A DNA stretch of 64,000 nt, from the NCBI GenBank assembly GCA_052327205.1, contig CM126212.1, forward strand, positions 54,374,001-54,438,000, in the 5' to 3' direction. Made by a program: the position numbers and the translations under genes. Origin of the DNA: Somniosus microcephalus. Its lineage: Eukaryota. Of the stretch, positions 38,701-50,700 are shown piece by piece. Below the pieces are notes generated by a model that did not search any database, was not told the DNA's origin, and was given only the letters and a program-made list of their open reading frames with translations. Within the stretch, counting starts at the first letter, position 1, and every line of letters begins with the position of its first letter.

Positions 38701-41700
38701 TCATTGTGTGAATTGCTCTGGGACATTTTTGTGATACACAAGATAAATACAAGTTTTTCTTTCTTAAAATTCTACATGTAATATAAAAATCTTGAGGATT
38801 ATTTTTTACCTAGAAGTAATGCTTATGGTGTCACATAACTTTGGCTCATGTCCATCCTCAATATTATTAATCAACAAACTAAGTTTATTACTGGATGAAG
38901 AATGTGGTATATATATCTGATTTCGGAATAGTGAGATATGGCAAACAAAATCTAGATTATACCAAGATTCCCAGCACTCCCTGTGGGATTAATTTACAAT
39001 ATCTCCCCCTTTCTCCAATTACATGTTAGTTTAGTCACATTTCATGTTTCTTTTTTCTTCTCTCTGGTTACTTGTACCATGCATCAGTTGCCAACTCAGA
39101 GCTCATGAAGGAGTGCTGCCCTGAGGCCTTTAACAATGCCACTTTGTGACCAGCCAGTGGTGGGATTATTATTACTGTACTCCACACTGATGAACAACAG
39201 CACAACATTAAAAAAAAATAACTTCACTCATGCAATAAAGGCTGAAATGACAAACAGAAGAGGCCGGCTGGCAAGACCTGTTGCGTATTTATGTAATACA
39301 AAAGCGTCATACGAGAAAAGGAAAAAACAAGTTATCATCAAGGACATTGCGATATTAAACAGAGTTCAGTATAGATGCTAAAATACCGAATCTACACAAT
39401 GGGTTTGCTTATGGAGAGTTAGTCACTTTGAATCTTTCACTGCCTGCAGGAGTTGGGAGAAATTGAATGGGAACTGAGACCTTGCAGGATATGTTTGTAT
39501 GCTTAGGGAGTGCAAATCATAATGGGGTGAAATGCAGCTTTTGGAAGACAATAAACTATAAGACACTTACACAACAGACTACCCAACGAGGAGTCACCAG
39601 AATCATTTGGATACCACTGTGGATCGTGGGTAGGAGAGGGAATCCAGTTGCGTTGAGGACTGGATGAGGGAGATGGGAGACTCTTAGAGCTGTCACTACC
39701 ATTCAACTTTGTCGGAGAGAGAGAAGCACCGTCACCTATTTAAAACAAAAAAAGTGGTTTACGTCAGAAGCTGTTGCAGTGAGTAAGTTATATTACAACA
39801 GTGACTACACTTCGTTAGCTGTAAAATGCTTTGGGACATCCTGAGGTCATAAAAGTTGCTATATAAATGCCAGCTCTTTCTTTTAAGAATAGGTTACACA
39901 CTTAATTGATTGTTCCTAATAAAAGCTATTTGGCGTTGTGGCTATCAAATGAGGAACTGCATTACAACAAGTGTTCCCTCTAAGCTTCGCGGCCGCAGTA
40001 ATGGGAAAGGTCCGTGCAGGCCGCTTACCGACCATTGTAAATACCGCGCATGCGCGGAAATTTAGAGGGACCACGCACTAAAAGAAACAGGCTGCGCGGA
40101 ACAAAGGGCAGCTACAGGGAACATTGGTTACAACAGTACAAATTAATATTCACTTTGAAAATAAAATATACATGTGCAAAAATAACTCCCTCCCAGCCAT
40201 ATAGTCCTGTAAACTGCAACTAACTCTCCATTAGTTATGGCAAATGTTAACTTTGAAGCCATGTTTCAACACAACATAGTTACAAGTTTAAACTATCAGT
40301 TTTCTCAACAGTTGAGTTTCCTATTTCTATTCTACCTGTGACATTCCTACAATGGTGCTTTATCAGAAGCCTTAAATGTTTCCCATTTTTCAAATTAACC
40401 TGTACTTCATGCTGTAATACGCCACACAACAGTCAGTCTTCGTCTACTTACCACCAACATACTGAGTGGAGTTGATAGCAAGCTCAATGATGGAGTCACT
40501 GATTTGGCTGTGGGGTCCACCCTGGGACAACGTGTCATCCGGAGGTCCTGGCAATGATATATCCAGGAGTGCCGAGACATTTGGAGGAGAAGTGAACAAT
40601 GTGTTAGGGGCTTCACTTGAAGGAGAGGACAGACCATTCTGAAGCGTATGCTTTTCAAGATCCCTCTGTGCAGAAATAAAGACACATTAAAGATTAAAGT
40701 TGAGTGATTTAACCCAGAGGACATAGTTAAAAGATGCAGGAAGCATTCCCTCAGTCAAGACAATTGAATTCATTCTCCAGGGAAAGCAAGTGGATAAAAA
40801 CAGGGTGTAAAAAGAGCAACATATTCTCATAAAACGAAATACTTTCAAGAAAAATTCTGCCGGATATCACAGCTGCTTGTGACAGTTTAAATGCCATTTG
40901 TATTTTGTTCAAATACTTTTTTAATATACATGAAACTGGTTAATTTAGTTGAATTTATACATGTATAAACTGGATATATGCTAGTCGAATACTAAGTGCC
41001 TTCCACTTATACAGCAAACTCAACTTCCTGGTGACTATCAACTTGCAATAGTGAGGGCATCTTTCACAATCACCAAATAAACTTGGACTCAATTGTCCTT
41101 TATGACATGACTTCTATCAAGACAAATGCAGTTTCCGATAGCTCTGCTAAAGAAGTTGAGCTGTACAAATTATTACAGCCTCAACTCAGGCCTCCAACTA
41201 ATGTTGCAGTCGGGTCCCGATGACATCACTGGGACCCGATCAGCATATTTAACGAAGGAGGCCGCTTCCTTCCTGCAGTTGAACCGCTCACCTGCTCAAA
41301 AGAGCAGGTTAGGATCAGGACACGGCGGGAAGGCAGCAGGATCAGAGGGGGTAAATGACTGCCCTCATTTTAACAGTCAAGATTTTTTTTTACGGTCACA
41401 ATAAAGAGCTACGGCAACTGGCTTGCTGAGTTCTTTTTAGGAGTGTGAGGTTTTTTTTACACGAATTCTCAGATAACTACACTACTCCACCAATCAGGTG
41501 ACTTGGTCACCAACCCCAGATCTCGACTGGATGACGACAGTGAGCGCATTTAAATTTTGCATTCTTTCAGCCTCTTAAAGGGCATTTCTATTTTCTTTAT
41601 AAAGTAAGTATATGAAATAAAGAATACTCCTACAAATTGACATGATGCTTTTCAGGCCCTTTGGATCTTGGCAATGATACACACAGGACTGCAAACTGAC

Positions 41701-44700
41701 ACTGCTGGGCACTGCAGGCTCGACATAAGCTAGTGACTCCCACTTACCAGTTGTGATTCTCAAGTGCAAGAAAGTTTGATACGATGAAAGTGCTACCATT
41801 TCTGAGCATTTTCACAATATAGGAAAACAGAGGTTACTCACTTGGGACTGTGTGCTGAAAAGTTCCCACCCCCCACAATCAGTAACTCGATAGAATAACA
41901 CAGGTACAATACCATGATTGTGTTTCAGCTGCTTGGATCAACAATGGAGAAACACAGATCAATCACATACTAGTCCCAAACAATTAGCGAGTAAACTTAC
42001 TCTGGGTAACTGCATTAATTAGAGGTATGCTGTAGATGTAGAATTTGGCTCAGATATACAGCAAAGCTTGGAGTGCCACATTCAGAAGGAGTGGCACGAA
42101 GACTCAGCTTACAGAACACTAAGTTCCAATCACACTCACCCCTGTCGCGGTTGCTGCTGTACTGCTTCCATTCTGATGAACTGAGGATAAATCCTGGCCT
42201 GATGTCACTATGGAAACTCCTTCTGTTGACAAAGAGGTCAAATCTTGTGATCCGTCTGCATCAAGGGCCTGGACTGGGCTGCCTGGAATTATGCCTGCTG
42301 ATTTAGCTGCCATGTCGATTGCACCTGGTACAGAAGACACTCTGTTTGACCATTTTCCTCTACTTACATCACATTTGTTTCAAGTACATATATAAACAGC
42401 CTCAGTTCCAATTCAGAAATATACAAGTACATCGTCGTACTGTATGATAGACATCACAGTAGTGAAATGAGCAGAACTTTCCTGAAACCAGATCTGCTTA
42501 GGTAATGCTTCAGATTATGGGAGAAAGCTTTGAGAAAATACTATTAACAGGTAACAATGCCCATATACCATTAGAAAATAATAATTCAAATAAACAACAG
42601 AATTATTTAGCAACAATGAATCAGCTACATGAAAAGAAGTCTGATTGGCACACCACAAAGTATGCTCCAACACAACACAAGATGAGATGTGAAACTCAGA
42701 AGCAATTGCCCAGTGGAGTTATAACAAGAACAGGGTTTTCACAATAACAGTGAGGTGTATGACCAAGATAGTGTTACAACTGATAACTGGGCATATAACA
42801 GAGCCGCAAGAGTGTAATGGCTAGCAACGCAAAAACAGAATTGCTGTTTGCTATCACAAAACCCAGAGAGATAATATTAAATCTTTCAGCACTAAAGATT
42901 TTTTAATTTTTACCATAAAGCATCTACACGTTATGTTCTGTAAATTACTGAACCGATAACATGTAAAGGTGCATGATACTTCTTAAATTATAGCCCTGGC
43001 ATAACTTTTAAAATTTAGCAGCAACAGGTGATCATGGACCTAGATGCGTTTTCTTGGCTATTCACTTAGTCTTCTCAATAAAGAAAGATTGTCTCCAGCT
43101 CGTCTCAGTCTACAAATAATGGCCCAGAAATTCGGGTCGGGGGCTTCCCGCGGGTGCAAGCCCCCGACCTACACTTACCTTGCGCGCTGGCAGTTGAGCT
43201 CTGGGCTCCTGTGGAATTCTGATCCGGGGCCTGGCCCAGCTGCCGGCGCGCTGTGCTTGCGTATCCCAGGGGCGCAGTTAATGCGATGCGTCCCCTGGGA
43301 TCACGTGGGCCATGGGCAGCCAATCAGAAGAGGGAAAAGCCCATTCATAAGATTGACAGGAAGACCTGTCAAAACTTATAAATACTGCAGCCCCAAAATA
43401 GCAGTAAACCTTCAAATAATTTTTTTTTTTTTTTTTTTTTAAATCACACTTTTTAAATAAACTATAAATTACATTAAATAACTATTTTAAACAATAATTT
43501 AAATTTTTGAAAAAAATAATTTTATATTCTAACAGGGCTAAAAATAAACTTACCTTGCTTTAAAGTATTTAAAAATAATAAACCTGTGGAAAAAATGTTT
43601 TAATTTTAATTAATTGACCACTTACCTTGTAAAAAGCAGGCCTTACTCTTGCTTTTTACATTTCTAAATCCTGCAGGCTTACGATCCCGGGAAAACCTGC
43701 AAAAAAAAACTAAGTTTGATGCGCACGCGCAGCCTCTCCTGCGCACGCGTTCGACCTCTGAACCCCTTCGTTCAGAGGATCGGAAGTGCCGGTCTCCCGC
43801 GCATGCGCAGTGCATGCAGAAAACCGACACTTCCATTTGGCCTACGGGTGAGTACCCAGCGCGTACTCACCCGTGGAGACCCGAATTTCTGGGCCAATGT
43901 GTTATACAACAGAACCAAAAAGAAAGAAAAATGGAAAACCAAAAAATGTGAAAAAAACATGAAATTTAATATAATGCATTAGGAGTTCTTTAAAAAGTTG
44001 ATTTTTTAAACCTTTGCAACTTACTGGAGAGCTGGCTGGTAGATGCTGGAATGGCTTTTGGAACAATTGGACGAGCTAAAGATGCTTTGGAAAGAGAAGA
44101 CTGAAGAGGACGGAACGAACCTGTGCCTAAAACACACAAAAGCACACAGTTCATAACCGAGAGTCATAGAGGGAGGTCAGTACTTTTACTTTTAATGGAC
44201 AGTAACTATAGCATTACTACATGGAAGAGCAACACTGATTAAAACAGTGCATCACATTGAAGTTTAGTTGGCATTCAACACAATTAGCTCCTTTCCATAC
44301 TGCCACAAAAACTGTCCTGGTAAAATAGCGCAAACACGTTTGCGTAATGGAGGACTAAGTGAAATGGTAGGTTCATACACTACCCTCTAACCTCTTGGAC
44401 TGAGGCATAAATCTAGCTTAGACCCCCAGCTCAGACCAATAGCTACTCTTAATAAAAAGGAGTTTGAGCCTTCAGTGATATGGACAAGGCCATACCATAA
44501 AAGTGGAGCTCTTGAACCATCTTCCTCTTTGTAATTCATCACTGAGCATTGCTATATTTTGGTAAATATTTGAAGACAATTAAAAAGATAAGGGCCATTC
44601 CCACCGACAGGTGCAGATGATTCCAGGTAGTCTCTTCCAAGGGCATCTGTAACTTTTTTATGTTCGTTCCTGGAATGTGGGCATCACTGGCAAGGTCAGC

Positions 44701-47700
44701 ATTTATTGCCCATCCCTAATTGCCTTCGAGAAGGTGGTGGTGAGCCACCTTCTTGAACTGCTGCAGTCCGTGTGGTGAAGGTACTCCCAACAGTGCTGTT
44801 AGGTGGGGAGTTCCAGGATTTTGACCCAGTGACGATGAAGGGTCAGCGATATACTTCTAAGTCAGGATGGTGTGTGACTTGGAGGGGAACTTGGAGGTGG
44901 TGGTGTTCCCATGCGCCTGCTGCCCTTGTCCTTCTAGGAGGAAGAGGTCGCGGGTTTGGGAGGTGCAGCCGAAGAAGCCTTGGCAAGAGAAGCAGTGCAT
45001 CTTGTAGAGTGTGCGTGAGGGGGAGGGGGTAGCGCGGGTGAGGGGAAGGGGGAGGGAGGGCGAGGGCGGGGGAGGGAAGGTGGNNNNNNNNNNNNNNNNN
45101 NNNNNNNNNNNNNNNNNNNNNNNNNNNNNNNNNNNNNNNNNNNNNNNNNNNNNNNNNNNNNNNNNNNNNNNNNNNNNNNNNNNNNNNNNNNNNNNNNNNN
45201 NNNNNNNNNNNNNNNNNNNNNNNNNNNNNNNNNNNNNNNNNNNNNNNNNNNNNNNNNNNNNNNNNNNNNNNNNNNNNNNNNNNNNNNNNNNNNNNNNNNN
45301 NGGAAACATTCATGCTACGTTCACATTATCAGATGACTAGCAATGCGTGAATGTGTTATATATATGGGAAGCTGCTGTATCCGGTTCCTGGTCAATACAG
45401 ACTACACTAACATTTAATGCTGTATAATTTAGCTGAGACAAAAGATTGCTAAATCTTTGACATGGCACATCTAAAACTCATTAATTGTGCACAGTAGCTG
45501 GATGCCTAGTCACACTGCCAAATATCATCATCAGTGGAGGAATTTGCACTTATCAACAGCTACAACTTGCATTTATATAATGCTTTTAATGTAGGAAAAG
45601 TGTCTCAAGGAGCTTCATAGAGACAGAGGAAAGAAAATTGATGCTAAACCGAAGGAGATTAGGAGCGGGTGACCAAAAGCTTTAATCGAAGAGATGGATT
45701 TTAAGCAGGTTCTTAAAAGGAAAGAGGGTAGGAGAGGTTTAGGGAGGGAATTCCAGAGTTTTTGGCCTACGCACACCACCAATAGTAGAGCGAAGGGAGA
45801 GATGGATGCACAAGGCTAGAGTCGGAGGAATGGAGAGTTCTGGGGTTGGGGGTATTGTAGGGGCTGGAATAGGTTACAGCGATAGGAAGGGGTGAGGCAA
45901 TGAAGGGATTTAAACATGAGGATGAGAATTTAAAATTTGAGGCATTGGGGACTGGGAACTGTTGGAAAAGATAGGGTGATGGGCAAGCGTGATTTGGTGT
46001 GCAATGAGATACAGAAGATTTTGGATGAGCTGAAGTTTATGGAGGGTGAAGGAGGAGGTGCCGGGCAGGGTAGCAATGGAATAGTTGAGGCTGGAGGTGA
46101 CAAAGGCATGGATGAGGGTTTCAGCAGCAGATAGGCTGAAGCAGGGGCAGGGGCAGACAATGTTACATTGCCAGCATAGACTCGATGGGTCGAATGGCCT
46201 CCTTCTGTGCTGTACTATTGTATGATTCTAGTTGGAAGGAGGCAGTCTTAGACACTCAACTCAGGGTCGAGTCGGACACCAAGTTTGCAAACAGGCCGAT
46301 TCAGCCTGAGACAGTGGCCGGGGAGGATGATGGAATTGATGGCAAAAGTACAGATTTGTGGCGGAGGCCCAAAACAATGGGGTTGCCCCTCCCAAAGTTT
46401 AACTGGAGAAAAGTGCGGCTTATCCAACAGAGACAGTGGCGGGGTCGAGACATGTTGTAGAGAGGTATAGCTAGTTTTACCGGTGTCAATAGAGCACTGT
46501 ATTTGTCCTCAGTGCCCCTAGATTGGAAGGGAACAAAAGTTGGTCAGAGCTCACACTACTAACCATTATCCAGCAATCATTGATGGAAGTGCACATTTGG
46601 GGGCTTCAGGGTAGGACATCATCAGATTTGGTTGGGGTGACTGCCATGGCCAGATAATAGATCAACTAGTAACTAGTGGTGTTCCGCAGGGGTCAGTGTT
46701 GGGTCCCCAACTCTTTACAATCTATATTAACGATTTGGAGGAGGGGACCGAGTGTAACATATCAAAGTTTGCAGATGATACTAAGATGGGAGGGAAAGTA
46801 GTGAGTGAGGAGGACATAAAAAACCTGCAAGGGGACATAGACAGGCTAAGTAAGTGGGCAGAGATTTGGCAGATGGAATACAATACTGGAAAGTGTGAGG
46901 TTATGCACTTTGGCAGGAAACATCGTAGAGCAAGTTATTATCTTAATGGCAAGAAACTGGAAAGTACTGAAGTACAAAGGGATCTGGGGGTCCTGGTGCA
47001 CGAAACTCAAAAGGTTAGTATGCAGGTGCAGCAAGTGATTAAGAAGGCCAATGGAATGTTGGCTTTCATTGCTAGGGGGATAGAATATAAAAATAGGGAG
47101 GTATTGCTTCAGTTGTACAAGGTATTGGTGAGACCGCACCTGGAATACTGCGTACAGTTTTGGTGTCCATACTTACGAAAGGACATACTTGCTCTCGAGT
47201 CAGTACAAGTCGGTTAATCCCGGGGATGAGGGGATGGACATATGAGGAGAGGTTGAGTAGATTGGGACTCTACTCATTGGAATTCAGAAGAATGAGAGGC
47301 GATCTTATTGAAACATATAAGATTGTGAAGGGGTTGGATCGGGTGGATGCGGGGAGGATGTTCCCGATGATGGGTGAAACTAGAACTAGGGGGCATAGTC
47401 TTAGAATAAGGGGCTGCTCTTTCAAAACTGAGATGAGGAGGAACTACTTCACTCAGAGGGTGGTAGGTCCATGGAATATGCTGCCCCAAAAAGCTGTAGA
47501 AGCTACATCGTTACATAAATTTAAAACAGAAATAGACAGTTTCCTAGAAGTAAAGGGAATTAAGGGTTACGGGGAGCGGGCAGGAATTTGGACATGAGTC
47601 TAGGTTCGGATCGGTCATGGCCCTGTGGGTAGCGGAGCGGGCCCAGGGGCCGTGTAGCCTGATCCTGCTCCTATTTCGTGTGTCTAATTCTGTTAGATTC

Positions 47701-50700
47701 AGGAGATGGTTCTGTGATAGTGGATTGGCGGTTAGGATCAGATCAGCCATGATCTTATTGAATGGCGGAGCAGGCTCGAGGGGCCGATTGGCCTACTCCT
47801 GCTCCTATTTCTTATGTTCTTTCCAGGCTCACTCATATCGAATGGGCACTTGGGCTGTGAACAGAGGGCTGTTGGCATCCATGGAATCATACCCCAAAAT
47901 AAACTAGCAGGAAAAGATCCTTTGATACAGCTGCTTGCAAACTATTTCATGACTATCCATGCAGTGCTGCTATCAATCACAATCTTCAGTTTTAAATTTA
48001 ATATGCAAGGAAAGCCCAAAAATGGCATATTATTCTGCTTATTTCTGTATTAGTGTTTAATTCACTGCCATTTCTCTTGCAGGAATGCCCACCTTGAAGG
48101 AGTTTTGCTCTTCTCTCCAACGGGATTTCAATTTGTCTCTTTTACCTTGTTCACCTTCATTGCTTTCGGTTTCCCTTCTCCTGTTTGATCAGTTTCTTTA
48201 CTTGTCCCACTATCTTGCTCCTTCATCCCTTTTGTCATTTAATCTCTCCTGCCTTCCACCTGATCACAGACCGTCCCTTTTGATCTTTCCTCCCCTCCCC
48301 CCTTTCCCTGCCTCTGTACCTGCTTTAAAACCGGTTACAACTCTAACTTTTTCCAGTTCTGATGAAAGGTCATCGACCGGAAACATTAACGGTTTCTCTC
48401 CACAGATGCCGCCTGATCTGTTGAGTATTTCCAGCATTTCTGTTTATATTAGTCTGCTGAGCTGTGTGAGTGATTGTAGATACCTGTGGCAGAATTGGAC
48501 AAGATGGAGAAGGAACAAACATGCTGAGAGGAATTTCCAGTTGGTCGTGGCAACAGCGTTCTCTGTAAAAAGATTAGAAAAACAAGAATGTTTTAATCAG
48601 CAAGAAGCAAAACAGAAATTTCAGTTTAAACAGAATGTGATTCATTAACCAAATTTATATTTTGCTCTTTATTAAGAGAAGAAATTATACATAGAACAAC
48701 AAAAAAGTTAAAGTAATCTCATCCAGTTTAGAAATGTTAGTTAATAAACTCATAACTATTTGGCAACACTCAACATAAATTTTAAACTTGCCCATTCTTT
48801 GGGATGGGTGTTAATATTCTTACTTGCCTGAATGTTTCCAAGGTAAAACATATCAAAATGTGATGGAAATAAAAATGTAAATCAAACTAATGCAATTCTT
48901 TGCATGGCATTTACCCCTCTAATTCTTCCCTCCTTTCCTTTCCTTTCAACCCATTCCCCATTTTCTCTCAACTTGTCTCCCTGGCCCACAGACCTACTGT
49001 AGCCAAAGGCCAGGCAAACTGCTCGCAAGTCTCCACCTAGGTGATCAAGCCAGCCAGCGGCAGAAAGAGGTTCCGTGATTCTTCCTCTCTGTGAAGAAGC
49101 ACATGACTTCTGCTTTTCAGCTCCTCACTAACATGTTGAGAACAGGAACTCACTGGAATGAGCATTGAACCAACATCCCATTACTTCGTAGTGCCCATCT
49201 AAAACAATTCTGCTGCATAGTCCAAAGCAGTAAACTAGGAAGAGAGAAAATGGCCTTTTTTTCATCTTCCACCTCAGCCCCATTAATTCAAAAAGAGTAC
49301 TTGCATTTATATAGCACACATCATACCGAAACATCCCAAAGCACTTCCTACAATGAAGTAATTTTCATGTGCAAATACTGTTGCCATGTAAGTTAATGCA
49401 GCAGCCATTCCACAGATAGCAATGAGATAAATGACCAGATAATCTGGTAATTTGGTAGCACTGGCTGAGGGCAAAAAATTGGCCAGGACACTAGTGGAGC
49501 TCAATGCTCTTTCATGAATAGTGCTATGGGTTCTTTTACCATTGAACAGTTACACCTCTCATCTGATGGTCAGTACATACAACGATGCAGCACTCCCTCA
49601 GTGCTGCACTGCAAGGTTAAACACACAACTTTTTTGACCTAGAAGCAAGAGTGCTACCAGCTGAGTCAAGGTGACACAAATCATTTGATGTGATTCAAGT
49701 ACAGACTTGTTGGCCAAGCCTATTTATATTACAGCTGGAAATACAAATATGCACCTGTATTTACTGCTGCAATATATAAATGGGACAGAACTAATACACA
49801 TTTAGACTCAGTGTGTAAATCAATTTGGACAAAACTGAGCAAAATCTCCAGTGTAATACCCATCTAAAATTCAAATGATCACATTCATCGTACAAATTTT
49901 GTGGTGGAAAGAACATTAAGGGTTCAAAACTTTAATTCTCAAACACATTTAAACAATTTTTACCTGAACCACCAGTGGCTTGCGTGGACGATTATTTCGT
50001 AACTTCCTTTGCTTGGGTAAGTAAATGTCTGGCTGCCTCTGAAATAACAACATACATGTTGATCAACAAAGAGCATAGATTCCTAGGTATACCCGGTGAA
50101 CATCATAATCACTAATTAGCCATCTCCTATTAAGTTTTCTAAAAAGCCTTTAGCTGGTTCTCGATGCAAAGTGAGCCATTGTTAGAGCTAGGATTGTGAA
50201 AACGTAATCCCATTCAGACTCTTAAATCAGTTTTACAGTTAGTCTAAGGGGCAGAAGTTGACACAGGAATGATTTCCTGCTTCTAGTGTATTAGCAGTCT
50301 TGTGAGATTGACATTATGATACAGAAAATAACTTGCATTTATCTAGTTCTTTTCATGTCCTCAGGAATGTCAAAACACTTTATAGTCAATTAATTACTTT
50401 GGAAATGTAGTCACTGTAGTTATGTAGGTAAGCATAGTAGCAGCCAATTTGTACAGAAAAAGGTACGACAAACAGAAATGAGATAAATGGCCAGTTAATC
50501 TGTTTGGTGATAATGTTTGAGTGGTGCGTACAGACTTCACTGGCATATATGTCGCTTGTTTCTAATCGTAGCCTGCCACCAACAGGAAGATTAATATAAA
50601 TAAGTTATAAAACATGATTTATTTACAACACTGTACTCACTGTTAAGCAATGCATGAAGAACTAATACATACCAATGCAAAACTCTTGCAATCCATAATG

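Noticed and set aside
42073-42097. Small hairpin GTGCCAC...GTGGCAC
   Set aside because: A 7-bp stem is expected by chance and is too short for a pre-miRNA
44843-45340. ORFs spanning the N run, and the adjacent G-rich G4-like tract
   Set aside because: Artefacts of the assembly gap; gap-edge sequence is unreliable
48478-48483. Donor GTATCT as a second U12 intron
   Set aside because: Lacks the CCTT of the U12 consensus, and the 44126 acceptor has no TCCTTAAC branch point
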